Shown here piece after piece: positions 21,161 to 31,499 of a stretch of DNA of 64,000 nucleotides. The translations under genes and the position numbers were made by a program. The notes under the pieces are model-generated. The model was given only the letters and a program-made list of their open reading frames with translations, was not told the DNA's origin and made no database searches. Location: contig CACJRY010000004.1 of the NCBI GenBank assembly GCA_902595855.1, positions 1,500 to 65,499 on the forward strand, given 5' to 3'. The DNA comes from an uncultured Alphaproteobacteria bacterium. Lineage in GTDB: Bacteria; Pseudomonadota; Alphaproteobacteria; HIMB59; GCA-002718135. Numbering within the stretch: the stretch's first letter is position 1; each line of letters opens with the position of its first letter.

Positions 21161-21161
21161 T

Positions 21162-22046
21162 TTGAAAACTAATTTTATTAAAGGCATTATTTTTGCCTGC
21201 ATTGCAGCTGTATGGTGGGGTATGCCCCAACCTCTTTTTTTTAATGAAATAAACTATATTCCATCTCTAGAAGTTGCAATGCACAGAGGTCTTTGGTCTT
21301 TTTTTGTGCTTTTCTTCTCACTTGTTATTTTTAGTGAAATTAAAGATTTTTTTAAATTATTTAAATCATCAAAAAAAATAATCATATTAACAATCACCTC
21401 TTTATTGATTGCAACTAATTGGTTAGGTTTCATATACTCTGTAAGCATTAATAAAGTACAGGATGCTTCTTTAGGTTATTTTCTTACCCCAATGATCAGT
21501 ATTTCTCTTGGCTATTTTATTTTAAATGAAAACTTAAACAAAAGAAAAATAATTTCAGTCTTATTAATGTTTCTTGCATGTTTTATTCTTTTTGCAAGTT
21601 TAAATAGCTTTCCATATTTAGCGTTGTTAATTGGTACAACTTGGGGGATATATGGATTGTTAAGAAAACAAATTGAAGTTTCTCCAGCTACTGGACTTCT
21701 TTATGAGTCAGGACTGATAACATTAATAGCACTACCTTATTTAATGTATTTAAACTATTTAAATATTGGATTTTTTAGTTTTAATTTTAGCTATATTTCA
21801 GTTATGTTGTTTTTAACAGGTATCGTAACAATAATACCTTTATTTTTTTTTAATCTTGGGCTTAGATATACAACATTAAGTTTAGCTGGGGTATTATTTT
21901 ATATAGCCCCCAGTTTTCATTTCATTACCTCAGTTTTTATTTTAGGCGAATACTTAGTAAATGAAAAAATTATTGCTTTTATAATAATTTGGGTAGGAGT
22001 TACTATTTTTATTTATGATGTTGTTAAAAATTCAAAGTTATCTTGA
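21162..22046 (+). CDS. rarD: EamA/RarD family transporter
   Basis: 294 aa, about 10 TM, TTG start. RarD-like N-terminus (WWG…[10 protein letters not shown]) and two EamA repeats. Confidence 0.7.
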   Translation: MKTNFIKGIIFACIAAVWWGMPQPLFFNEINYIPSLEVAMHRGLWSFFVLFFSLVIFSEIKDFFKLFKSSKKIIILTITSLLIATNWLGFIYSVSINKVQDASLGYFLTPMISISLGYFILNENLNKRKIISVLLMFLACFILFASLNSFPYLALLIGTTWGIYGLLRKQIEVSPATGLLYESGLITLIALPYLMYLNYLNIGFFSFNFSYISVMLFLTGIVTIIPLFFFNLGLRYTTLSLAGVLFYIAPSFHFITSVFILGEYLVNEKIIAFIIIWVGVTIFIYDVVKNSKLS

Positions 22047-22658
22047 ATAATACTCGATAACCAGATTAGGTTCCATTGTTACAGGATACGGAACATCATG
22101 AATTAAGGGAGCTCTTAAAAACTTTCCTTTAAATTCTTTTACATCAACTTCTATGTACTCAGGAATCTCTCTTTCTTGAGAAACAATTGATTCTTGAACA
22201 ATATTAATTTCTTTACTTCCGTCTTTAAGAGATATTTCATCACCATCTTTAACAGAATAAGAGGGTATATTAACTCTTTTACCATTTACTTTAACATGAC
22301 CATGATTTACCAACTGTCTTGCTGCAAAAATTGTTGGTACAAATTTCATTCTATAAACAATTGCATCTAACCTTCTTTCTAAAAGTTCAATTAAGATTTG
22401 ACTTGTATCACCTTTAGTATTTGATGCTTTTGTATAAATTCTTCTGAATTGCTTTTCAGTTAAATCGCCATAATAAAATTTTAATTTTTGCTTAGCAAAA
22501 AGCTGATTTCCGTAATCTGATAGTTTTTTTCGAAGACCCATTGCTCCGTGCTGTCCAGGTTTAGTGTTTCTTTTATTGAATGGGCTTTTAGGTCTGCCCC
22601 ATAGATTGCATCCAAGTCTTCTATCAATTTTATATTTTGCAGATATTCTTTTAGTCAT
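22038..22658 (-). CDS. rpsD: 30S ribosomal protein S4
   Basis: 206 aa. [16 protein letters not shown]…; S4 RNA-binding domain ([31 protein letters not shown]). Confidence 0.97.
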   Translation of the reverse strand: MTKRISAKYKIDRRLGCNLWGRPKSPFNKRNTKPGQHGAMGLRKKLSDYGNQLFAKQKLKFYYGDLTEKQFRRIYTKASNTKGDTSQILIELLERRLDAIVYRMKFVPTIFAARQLVNHGHVKVNGKRVNIPSYSVKDGDEISLKDGSKEINIVQESIVSQEREIPEYIEVDVKEFKGKFLRAPLIHDVPYPVTMEPNLVIEYYSR

Positions 22659-22708
22659 TAATTATTGGCGTATATAGAGATTAATTTATTGATGTCAAAT
22701 CCATAATT

Positions 22709-23437
22709 TTAAATTTTTGGCTGATTTTTGAGCTTTTTATGCATTCCCCATAACATATTAAGTTCTTTTTTGGTTAAATCCATTTTATTATAAATTGAGT
22801 AGATGTTATCAATCATACTATCTTTTTTTTCTGAGGGATTAAAAAAACCTCTATTTTCAAGATCAGCAATTAAACAATTTATAAAACTAGAGAGTTCGTT
22901 TTTATTTACCTTTTGATCTTTTGTTTCATAATTTTTTTTTATTTTAGATGCTTTAAAGTTATTAGAAAATATTTCGTAAGCAATCAAGGATACTGCATGT
23001 GATAAATTAAGTGATTTATTAAGTTTTGAAGTTTTAATTGTATAAATGTCATTTGCAAATCTTAATTCATGATTAGATAAACCAGAACTTTCAGGGCCAA
23101 ATAATATTGCAATATTTTTAAAACAATTAAATTTTTTACTTAAATCATTGAAATTATTAAAAGTTTTTTTTGTTAAAAAACGTTGTCTATTAGTAGTAGC
23201 TACTACTAAATTGAATTTTGAAGTAGCATCCTCTAGATTTTCAAATATTTTTACATTTTTTAGAATATTTATTGCATGTTTGGCTGAGTTTTCAGCCTTT
23301 TTATTAGGCCAACCATCTCTTGGATTTACAAGAAATAAACTAGATAAACCAAAGTTATCCATAGCTCTCGCAGTCATCCCAATATTTTCTGGTAGCTGTG
23401 GCCTAACTAATATTATGGTAGGGTTGATTCTTTTCAA
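22709..23437 (-). CDS. SpoU/TrmH-family RNA 2'-O-methyltransferase (TrmJ-like)
   Basis: 242 aa. ILVRPQLPENIGMTARAMDNFG, ILFGPESSGLSN and LNLSHAVSLIAYE SPOUT motifs. Confidence 0.75.
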   Translation of the reverse strand: MKRINPTIILVRPQLPENIGMTARAMDNFGLSSLFLVNPRDGWPNKKAENSAKHAINILKNVKIFENLEDATSKFNLVVATTNRQRFLTKKTFNNFNDLSKKFNCFKNIAILFGPESSGLSNHELRFANDIYTIKTSKLNKSLNLSHAVSLIAYEIFSNNFKASKIKKNYETKDQKVNKNELSSFINCLIADLENRGFFNPSEKKDSMIDNIYSIYNKMDLTKKELNMLWGMHKKLKNQPKI

Positions 23438-23438
23438 T

Positions 23439-25025
23439 TTACTTATTTAAATCGTTAAAAAGCTTATAATTAATACTGTCATAGATTGCGTTATAAGAAG
23501 CGTCGATAATATTTGCAGATACTCCAACAGTAGTCCAATGTTGCTTATTAGAATCTGTGGACTCGATATGCACTCTTGTTATTGCACCCGTACCCTTATC
23601 AGATGATAAAATCATAACTTTATAGTCTGTAAGCTTTAAATCACTAAGACTTGGATAAAAATCTATCAAAGCCTGCCTTAATGCACTATCTATAGCATTT
23701 ACTGGCCCATTCCCGACTCCAACAGTCATTTTTTCTTGATTTTTAACCTCTAATTGAACTGTTGCTTCTGAGTCAGTAACTAGTTTTCCTTTTGCATTCC
23801 ATCTTCTCTCATCGGTTACTCTAAATTTATTTAAAATAAAATATTCTTTTAGTTGACCAACGTGCTTTCTAACGAGTAACTCAAAACTTGCTAGAGCTAT
23901 ATCATAAGAGAATCCTTCAGCTTCTTTTTGTTTAATTAATTCTAATATTTGATTAATTTGCTCATCATCAATCTCTATAGATAATTTTTTTAATTGACTT
24001 AATAAGTTTGATTTTCCTGCTTGATCAGAAATAATTACATTTCTTGAATTACCAACCAATTCAGGGTCAATGTGTTCATAAGTTGATGGATCTTTAGCAA
24101 CTGCTGAAGCATGTAAACCACCCTTGTGTGAAAATGCATTCTCACCAACATATGGAGCATTTTTAGATTTTGGTTGATTTAAAATATCATGCAAAGTATG
24201 TGAAATTTTTGTGAGTAATTTTAAGTTTTGTTTTTTAATATTAGTATGAAAATTCGTTTTTAAAACCAAGGAGGGTATCAATGATACAAGATTTGTGTTG
24301 CCACATCTTTCTCCAAGCCCGTTAATTGTGCCTTGTACATGTCGAACACCTGTATTGATTGCTACAAGAGCATTAGCTACGCCATTCTCAGTGTCATTAT
24401 GGGCATGAATTCCTAATTTGTTTGAAGGTATAGTCTTGATGACTTCTTTAATTATGTCTGATATTTCATTTGGAAGAGTTCCTCCATTAGTATCACATAA
24501 TACAATCCATCTTACATTAGATTTAAGTGCTATTTTTAAACATTTCAATGAGAATTCCTTGTTATGTTTAAAACCATCAAAAAAATGCTCAGCGTCATAA
24601 ATAGCTTCTCTATTTTTGTAATTTAAATAATTAAAACTATCACTTAACATTGATAGATTTTCATCTTCTGTAATACCTAGCGCATTTTTAACTTGAAAAG
24701 ATGAAGATTTTCCAACAAGACAAATTGTATGAGCATTACTATTTATAAGTGAATTTAAACCAGGATCATTTTCCGCACTTCTTCCGGGTCTTCTTGTCAT
24801 TCCAAAGGCAGTAAATTTTGATTTAGAAAAATTTAAATCTCGTGAAAAAAAATCGTTATCAGTTGGATTTGCTCCTGGCCAACCTCCCTCAATATAATCA
24901 ACACCTAACTCATCAAGATTTTTCGCCAATGTCATTTTATCGCTCACAGAAAAATTTACACCTGTAGTTTGCTGACCATCTCTTAAGGTAGTATCAAATA
25001 GATATATCTTATTGTCTTCTTCCAT
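23439..25025 (-). CDS. cimA: citramalate synthase (LeuA/HMGL-like family, TIGR00977-type)
   Basis: 528 aa. DTTLRDGQQ, HAHNDTENGVAN, C-terminal LeuA-dimer regulatory domain. Length and N-terminus fit CimA-type better than the long LeuA type. Confidence 0.7.
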   Translation of the reverse strand: MEEDNKIYLFDTTLRDGQQTTGVNFSVSDKMTLAKNLDELGVDYIEGGWPGANPTDNDFFSRDLNFSKSKFTAFGMTRRPGRSAENDPGLNSLINSNAHTICLVGKSSSFQVKNALGITEDENLSMLSDSFNYLNYKNREAIYDAEHFFDGFKHNKEFSLKCLKIALKSNVRWIVLCDTNGGTLPNEISDIIKEVIKTIPSNKLGIHAHNDTENGVANALVAINTGVRHVQGTINGLGERCGNTNLVSLIPSLVLKTNFHTNIKKQNLKLLTKISHTLHDILNQPKSKNAPYVGENAFSHKGGLHASAVAKDPSTYEHIDPELVGNSRNVIISDQAGKSNLLSQLKKLSIEIDDEQINQILELIKQKEAEGFSYDIALASFELLVRKHVGQLKEYFILNKFRVTDERRWNAKGKLVTDSEATVQLEVKNQEKMTVGVGNGPVNAIDSALRQALIDFYPSLSDLKLTDYKVMILSSDKGTGAITRVHIESTDSNKQHWTTVGVSANIIDASYNAIYDSINYKLFNDLNK

Positions 25026-25062
25026 AATTAAAAATAGCTATTAGAGAATAAAATTAATTTTT

Positions 25063-26397
25063 CTAGGTTTTTCCAAATTTTCTAAGCAATGTCTGCCTGT
25101 CTAGCAAGGGAAGAAAATTCTTAAGTTCAGGACCTTTGTCTTTTCCTGTTAAAATTAATCGTAATGGCATAAATAAATTTTTTCCTTTCAAGCCAGATTT
25201 TTCACTTATCGATTTTGTCCAAGCATCCCATGACTCATAATTAAAAGGCTCTTCTGGAATACTTTCGACTGCAGTTTGAATAAAATCTTCTGAAATATTA
25301 TAATCATTAATATCAAATATCTCCAAAATAATTTTAGACCAATCAATAATATCTTTTAAAAAGAAAATATTATTATGAGAAAAAATCCATAATTTTTCTA
25401 AGTCTAAATCAGAATTTAAAAAATTAATTCTCTTACTTATTTGTTCAAATTTATAATTCTTTAGAATATCAGCATTTAATGACTTTAGGACAGGCTCAGA
25501 AAATTTTGCAGATGAAGTTGAAATATTTTCAATATTAAAATTATCTATGATTTTATCTTTAATAGTTTCTGGCTTAATATCCTCACTTGACCCTATATTG
25601 ATTAAATAATTAATGATTGTAACATCTTCATAGCCTGTAGTTTTTAAATTTTCAATTGAGAGACTTCCAAGTCTTTTACCAAAACCTTTTCCAGCTTGAT
25701 CAGTTAAAAAAGGATGATGTGCAAATTCAGGTATGGAGTCTCCTAGCGCTTCAAATAATTGAATATGAAAAGCAGTATTTGAAATATGATCTTCCCCTCT
25801 TATAATATGAGAAATTTCCTCTTCAATATCATCAATTACCGAAGGTAAATGATATAGAAGTGAGCCATCTTCTCTTATTAATATTGGATCACTTAAATTT
25901 TTTGGATCAAATTTTACCTTTCCCTTAATTAAATCGTGCCATTCAATAATTGGGTCATTGAGTTTAAATCGCCAATGAGGTTTTTGACCAGACTTAATTT
26001 TTTCATCAATATCTTCTGCTGTTAATAATAACGAGGATCTATCATAAATTGGGGGCTTTCCAGCTGAAAGAAGAGATTTCTTTTTTAATGATAACTCTTC
26101 AGCTGTTTCAAAACAAGGATACAAACGTTTGTCCTTTTTTAATTGTTCTATTTTTAAATTGTATTTGTCAATTCTATAAGATTGGTTAAATGTCTTATCC
26201 CATTGTACACCTAACCAAGTAAGATTTTCTTTTATTTTGTTTTCAAATTCTTTTGAAGATCTTGATTCATCAGTATCATCAATTCTTAATATAAACTCTC
26301 CATTATTTTTTTTAGCGTATGCCCAGTTTAATAATGCAGATCTTACATTGCCAACATGTAATAAACCAGTAGGACTAGGTGCAAATCTACATTTCAT
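25063..26397 (-). CDS. gltX: glutamate--tRNA ligase
   Basis: 444 aa. RFAPSPTGLLHVGNVRSAL (HIGH-type), RIDDTD, class I GluRS core. Confidence 0.9.
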   Translation of the reverse strand: MKCRFAPSPTGLLHVGNVRSALLNWAYAKKNNGEFILRIDDTDESRSSKEFENKIKENLTWLGVQWDKTFNQSYRIDKYNLKIEQLKKDKRLYPCFETAEELSLKKKSLLSAGKPPIYDRSSLLLTAEDIDEKIKSGQKPHWRFKLNDPIIEWHDLIKGKVKFDPKNLSDPILIREDGSLLYHLPSVIDDIEEEISHIIRGEDHISNTAFHIQLFEALGDSIPEFAHHPFLTDQAGKGFGKRLGSLSIENLKTTGYEDVTIINYLINIGSSEDIKPETIKDKIIDNFNIENISTSSAKFSEPVLKSLNADILKNYKFEQISKRINFLNSDLDLEKLWIFSHNNIFFLKDIIDWSKIILEIFDINDYNISEDFIQTAVESIPEEPFNYESWDAWTKSISEKSGLKGKNLFMPLRLILTGKDKGPELKNFLPLLDRQTLLRKFGKT

Positions 26398-26398
26398 T

Positions 26399-27139
26399 TT
26401 AATCTTTTGGAATAATACATACAGGTATCGGTTTCATCTTATGTAAATTAGGCTCTCTTACTTTTTTATATTTATAATAATATTTACTATTTGAATTGTT
26501 CATTGCCTCTTCAATTTGCTGATAAGTAAGACCTAATTGAGACTCATCATTACGACTATCATCCCATAAACCATCAGTCGGCGCAGCTTCTATGATTTCG
26601 TCTATTACTCCTAAAGATTTTCCAATATTCCAAACATCAGTTTTTGTACAGTCAGCAATAGGAGAAATATCTACACCCCCATCACCATATTTTGTGTAAA
26701 ATCCTACTCCAAAATCTTCAACTTTATTGCCAGTTCCAACAACAATTCCATTATTAGCTTGTGCGATTTGATAAAGTGTAACCATTCTCAATCTTGATCT
26801 AGAATTAGCAAACGCTAGTTTATTGTTAAAATTAGTCATAGTAAGCTCAAAAGATCTAAAAACTTCATCAAGTTCAATAGTCATAGTTTCAACATTAGTA
26901 AATTTATGTTGAAGCCATTTTTGGTGCCTTAAACTTAACTCATGTTGGGATTGGTTTTGTTTTATCGGCATAGAAACTGCAAATGTTTTAATACCTGTTT
27001 TTGCACAAAGAGTGCTTGTAACAGCTGAGTCAATACCACCTGAAACTCCTATAATTAGGCTTGGAGGAGTAAAAGGGAGGGACATAGCATATTCTTTAAT
27101 CCAATTAGAAATATATGTAATTTTTTTGTCTGAATTCAT
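26399..27139 (-). CDS. nadE: NAD(+) synthase, ammonia-dependent (no glutaminase domain)
   Basis: 246 aa. PP-loop SGGIDSAV; 1-nt gap to gltX. Confidence 0.85.
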   Translation of the reverse strand: MNSDKKITYISNWIKEYAMSLPFTPPSLIIGVSGGIDSAVTSTLCAKTGIKTFAVSMPIKQNQSQHELSLRHQKWLQHKFTNVETMTIELDEVFRSFELTMTNFNNKLAFANSRSRLRMVTLYQIAQANNGIVVGTGNKVEDFGVGFYTKYGDGGVDISPIADCTKTDVWNIGKSLGVIDEIIEAAPTDGLWDDSRNDESQLGLTYQQIEEAMNNSNSKYYYKYKKVREPNLHKMKPIPVCIIPKD

Positions 27140-27160
27140 AATATTAATTTATATTTAAAA

Positions 27161-28534
27161 TTAAATTTGAGAAGACTTAAGGGTTAAAAATTTTTCATCT
27201 TTTAAATATTCAGAAATTAAAAAAGCAATTTCTAATGATTGAGATGCATTTAATCTTGGATCACAAAAAGTATGATATCTATTTTTTAAATCCTCATCAG
27301 TAATTTGCTGCAAGCCTCCCATGCACTCCGTTACATCCGAACCAGTCATTTCAAGATGAATACCTCCAGGATAAGTGCCTGAAGCTTTATGAATTGCGAA
27401 AAACTTTTGGATTTCAGCGAAAATGTTGTTTACTGGTCTAGTTTTATAGCCAGTTTTGGACTTTACAGTATTTCCATGCATTGGATCACAAGCCCAAACA
27501 ACAATTTTTCCTTCATTTTTAACCTTTTTAATTATTGAAGGTAAGTGACTGTCTATTTTGTCAGCTCCCATTCGACAAATTAAAGTTACTTTTCCTGCTT
27601 CATTTTCAGGATTTATAATATCGATTATTTTAACTAATTCTTCAGGATCTGAAGTAGGTCCAACCTTTATTCCAATTGGATTTTCAATTCCTTTTACAAA
27701 CTCAACATGTGCTCCATCCAATTGACGAGTTCTATCACCTACCCAGAGCATGTGAGCAGAAACATCATACCATTTACCAGAAGTACTATCAATTCTGGTT
27801 AAAGCTTCTTCATAATCTAGCAATAGAGCTTCATGACTTGTAAAAAATTCTGTTTCATAAATTTGGCTTACATTGCTATCATTAATGCCGCATGCTTTCA
27901 TGAAAGCAAGACATTCATCTATTCTATCTGCAATCTCTGCAAATTTATTAGCGTTCTCTTCTTCAACAAAACTAAGATTCCATTGATGTATTTTATTTAA
28001 ATTAGCATATCCTCCTTGTGAAAAAGCCCTAAGCAAATTCAAAGTTGAAGCTGACTGATTATATGCCTGGATTAGTCTTGAAGGATCTGGAGTTCTGTCT
28101 GACTCTGTAAATTCTATTCCATTAATTATGTCTCCTTTATATGACTCTAATTCTACTCCATTAATTGTTTCTTTATCAGATGATCTAGGTTTAGCAAATT
28201 GCCCAGCTATTCTTCCAACTTTAACAACAGGGCAAGACGCTCCAAATGTTAAAACCACTGCCATTTGCAAAATTACTTTAAAACTGTTTTTAATATTATC
28301 AGGATGAAAATCTATAAAGCTTTCGGCACAATCACCACCTTGTAATAAAAATGCCTCACCTGTTGAAACTTTAGCAAGTTTAGATTTTAAAGATCTTGCT
28401 TCTCCAGCAAATACCAAGGGAGGAAATTTTTTTATCTTATCTAAACATTCCTTTAAAGAATTTTCATCTTTATAAATTGGCATGTGTTTTGCTGGCTTTG
28501 AACGCCAGGAATTTGGTGACCATGAAGTTTTCAT
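27161..28534 (-). CDS. 3-deoxy-7-phosphoheptulonate (DAHP) synthase, class II (plant-like)
   Basis: 457 aa. [18 protein letters not shown]-terminus, [12 protein letters not shown] and CDPMHGN blocks typical of class II DAHPS. Confidence 0.9.
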   Translation of the reverse strand: MKTSWSPNSWRSKPAKHMPIYKDENSLKECLDKIKKFPPLVFAGEARSLKSKLAKVSTGEAFLLQGGDCAESFIDFHPDNIKNSFKVILQMAVVLTFGASCPVVKVGRIAGQFAKPRSSDKETINGVELESYKGDIINGIEFTESDRTPDPSRLIQAYNQSASTLNLLRAFSQGGYANLNKIHQWNLSFVEEENANKFAEIADRIDECLAFMKACGINDSNVSQIYETEFFTSHEALLLDYEEALTRIDSTSGKWYDVSAHMLWVGDRTRQLDGAHVEFVKGIENPIGIKVGPTSDPEELVKIIDIINPENEAGKVTLICRMGADKIDSHLPSIIKKVKNEGKIVVWACDPMHGNTVKSKTGYKTRPVNNIFAEIQKFFAIHKASGTYPGGIHLEMTGSDVTECMGGLQQITDEDLKNRYHTFCDPRLNASQSLEIAFLISEYLKDEKFLTLKSSQI

Positions 28535-28601
28535 ATTAATTTAGGCTATTAAACTCTATAGAATCTGTAAACAAGTTTTATATATTAAAGTTTAAGTAAA
28601 A

Positions 28602-29876
28602 TTAGTAAATTTTAAGCTTGGAACGTCTTACTGCAAGTTTATTGCTTGGAATATCCTTATTTATTACGCTCCCTGCAGCAATTTTTACATTATTTCCAAT
28701 TTTTAATGGAGCTATTAAAGAAGTGTTAGAGCCAATAAATGACATATTGCCTATTACAGTTTTGTTTTTTTTTACTCCATCGTAATTGCATGTTATGCAA
28801 CCAGCGCCAATATTAACTTTGTTTCCAATTTTACTATCACCAACATATGATAAATGACTTATGGATGTAAAATTTCCAATAGTAGAATTTTTAATTTCAA
28901 CGTAATTACCTATTTTGCAATTTTTCTCAATAGTTGACTTTGGTCTTAATCTTGCATGCGGGCCTATTGAACAGTTTTCTTTTACTAAAACTCCATCTAA
29001 ATCTGAAAAGTTTTTTATGATAGTTCCTGATTTTATAGAAACTTTATTTCGAATTGTCACATTTGACTCAATGATAACTTTACTTTGGATTTTAGTATCA
29101 CAATAAAAATAACAAGTTTCAGGTTTCTTAATTAAAACTCCATTATTTAAGAATTTTGTAACTAATCTTTTTTGCAAAAGTTTATCAACTTTATTAAAAT
29201 CAAATAAAGTATTTATGCCATGCATTTCCTCTTCTGGGGCATGAATAAATGTAAAAGGAATTTTTTTCTTAAAATATATATCAAAAATATCTGTTAAATA
29301 TCTTTCTTTTTTAATATTGCTAAATTTAATTAGTTTGATAAGCTTAAAAAAATTAGATTTTTTAACCAGCATTATCCCTGAATTGCAGAGTTCAATTAAT
29401 TTCTCTGAATTTGAAGTGTGAATTTCTTCAACAACTTTAACAACCTTATTTTTTTCTAAAATTACTCTTCCATATCCAGATGGATTTAAGGATTTGAATA
29501 AAATCATACTTCCAAATTTATTCTTAAAACTTTTAATTAATTTTTTTAGAGACACATCTGTAATCAAGGGAACGTCTCCAAATAAAATAATAAAGTTTTC
29601 AGTTTTTATAGAGGATTTAGCTGTCTCAATAGCATCTGCAGTACCCTTTTGATTTTTTTGAATAACAAAAGTACAATTTTTCAACAAAGATCTCAATTCA
29701 TCATGATTATCTTTATTACATACCACTATGATATTGTGTCCAGAAATTTTCTTGGCAGTATTGTATACATGGGATACTATTGGCAGGCCTGCTAAATCGT
29801 GAGTAAGTTTTGATTTGCTTGATATAAATCGTGTGCTTTTACCTGCAGCTAAAATTACAGTTGTTATTTTTTTCAT
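28602..29876 (-). CDS. glmU: bifunctional UDP-N-acetylglucosamine pyrophosphorylase / glucosamine-1-phosphate N-acetyltransferase
   Basis: 424 aa. N-terminal ILAAGKSTRF nucleotidyltransferase fold; C-terminal hexapeptide-repeat left-handed beta-helix. Confidence 0.85.
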   Translation of the reverse strand: MKKITTVILAAGKSTRFISSKSKLTHDLAGLPIVSHVYNTAKKISGHNIIVVCNKDNHDELRSLLKNCTFVIQKNQKGTADAIETAKSSIKTENFIILFGDVPLITDVSLKKLIKSFKNKFGSMILFKSLNPSGYGRVILEKNKVVKVVEEIHTSNSEKLIELCNSGIMLVKKSNFFKLIKLIKFSNIKKERYLTDIFDIYFKKKIPFTFIHAPEEEMHGINTLFDFNKVDKLLQKRLVTKFLNNGVLIKKPETCYFYCDTKIQSKVIIESNVTIRNKVSIKSGTIIKNFSDLDGVLVKENCSIGPHARLRPKSTIEKNCKIGNYVEIKNSTIGNFTSISHLSYVGDSKIGNKVNIGAGCITCNYDGVKKNKTVIGNMSFIGSNTSLIAPLKIGNNVKIAAGSVINKDIPSNKLAVRRSKLKIY

Positions 29877-29880
29877 TTAA

Positions 29881-30513
29881 CTAGAGATTTCTTATAATCT
29901 CGTTTCCAACATTGATAATTTCTTTGGATGCATCAGATGTAATATTAATATCAATTACCCCTCTGCCGACTGCAAAAGTTTCTGCAAATATTACTTTACT
30001 AGAAATTCTGGATCTTGCAATTTTTGCTCCAGAATATCTTAACCTTAATATCATAGCATCTGTAAGTTTAGCTCTTGGCATAACTCTATTTAAAATTATT
30101 AATGGTTTTTTTCTCTCTTCTCTTGCAATTTGTAAAAAAGGTAAAGTTGCCATCAAATCTAAAGGACTTGGCTGCACAGGTACAAATACACCATTTGATG
30201 ACTTTACAATTTGAATTGTTTCAAATGTAATTGCAGGCGGACTATCAATTATAATATAATCATACTTTCTTTTTATTTTTTTAATTTCATCTGGAAGATT
30301 TCTAATTTCAAAGTCATAAAAATCTATACCAACATCGTATTCACCATAGTATTTTTTTCTTTCTGAAAACCAGTATGTGAGACTTTTTTGAGGATCAGCA
30401 TCTACTATAGCTACTTTATATCCACTATTACTCCATAATACGGCAATATTAGCAGAAAGCGTTGATTTACCTGAGCCACCTTTTTGATTGGAAAATGCTA
30501 TAACTTTGCCCAT
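29881..30513 (-). CDS. orphan ParA/MinD-like P-loop ATPase
   Basis: 210 aa. Deviant Walker A NQKGGSGKST, Walker B IIIDSPP. 4 nt upstream of glmU on the same strand; no parB nearby. Confidence 0.75.
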   Translation of the reverse strand: MGKVIAFSNQKGGSGKSTLSANIAVLWSNSGYKVAIVDADPQKSLTYWFSERKKYYGEYDVGIDFYDFEIRNLPDEIKKIKRKYDYIIIDSPPAITFETIQIVKSSNGVFVPVQPSPLDLMATLPFLQIAREERKKPLIILNRVMPRAKLTDAMILRLRYSGAKIARSRISSKVIFAETFAVGRGVIDINITSDASKEIINVGNEIIRNL

Positions 30514-30575
30514 GATAAAATTTTACTAAGATAATAACAATTTTAATACTATATGAAACAAAATTTAAAAAAAAT

Positions 30576-31499
30576 ATGCATGAAAAAACTATAGTTGAGG
30601 CAAAAAAAAGACTTTTAAGAGGAGAAGTTGTTATTTTTCCCACAGAAACTGTGTATGGCATTGGCTCTAACTCAGAAAACGAAGATGCTGTTAAATTAAT
30701 TTATAAGGTAAAAAAAAGACCATTTAATAATCCTTTAATATGTCATTTTTCAAACATAAGAGAGATTAAAAAAAATTTTATATTAAATAAAAAAGATATT
30801 GAATTAGCTCAAGCTTTTTGGCCAGGACCTCTAACACTTATTTTAAAAAAAAAAGAAGAGTCCAAAATAAATACTTTAGTGTCTAATAATAAAAGTCTTG
30901 TTGGCTGTAGAATACCTAATAATAAAATAGCGTTGGATCTAATTAAAGAGTTAGGTTTTCCATTAGCTGCACCAAGTGCCAACATTGCAACTAAAACATC
31001 TATTACTTCAATAAATGATCTTGATAATGAACTTAAAAATATCTTTTATATTGATGGCGGCTCTTCAGTACTTGGTTTGGAGTCCACTGTGCTTCAGACT
31101 ACGGAAGAAGGATGTAAAATACTAAGGTTAGGTAGTCTAACAATTGAAGAAATCAAAAAAAAATTTAGTGAATATAAAATGGAAACAATAAAGTCTAATT
31201 TATCACCAGGTAATCAATTAAAACATTATTCACCTAATAAAGCTATTAGAATTAATGCTGAAAATGTTTTTGATAATGAAGCTTTGCTTAATTTTGGAAA
31301 AAATAATTTAAAGTCAAAAATCCAGGATCTAAATTTGAGCATAAGAGCTGATTTAAGTGAGGCAAGTTATAATTTTTATAATTTTCTTAACATACTAGAT
31401 AAAAGTAAATGCAATAGAATTGCAGTTGCTCCAATTCCTAATCATGGCTTGGGCAAAACTATGAACGACAGACTTAAAAGAGCAGCTTATGAAGACTGA
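30576..31499 (+). CDS. tsaC: L-threonylcarbamoyladenylate synthase (TsaC/Sua5 type with C-terminal Sua5 domain)
   Basis: 307 aa. YrdC fold motifs VVIFPTETVYGIG, KKRPFNNPLICH, SANIA. Confidence 0.85.
   Translation: MHEKTIVEAKKRLLRGEVVIFPTETVYGIGSNSENEDAVKLIYKVKKRPFNNPLICHFSNIREIKKNFILNKKDIELAQAFWPGPLTLILKKKEESKINTLVSNNKSLVGCRIPNNKIALDLIKELGFPLAAPSANIATKTSITSINDLDNELKNIFYIDGGSSVLGLESTVLQTTEEGCKILRLGSLTIEEIKKKFSEYKMETIKSNLSPGNQLKHYSPNKAIRINAENVFDNEALLNFGKNNLKSKIQDLNLSIRADLSEASYNFYNFLNILDKSKCNRIAVAPIPNHGLGKTMNDRLKRAAYED

Noticed and set aside
29881-30513. ParA-like gene as evidence of a plasmid- or phage-derived partition module
   Set aside because: No parB, replication initiator, relaxase, integrase or repeat array is adjacent. 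The gene is co-oriented with and 4 nt from glmU in a housekeeping block.
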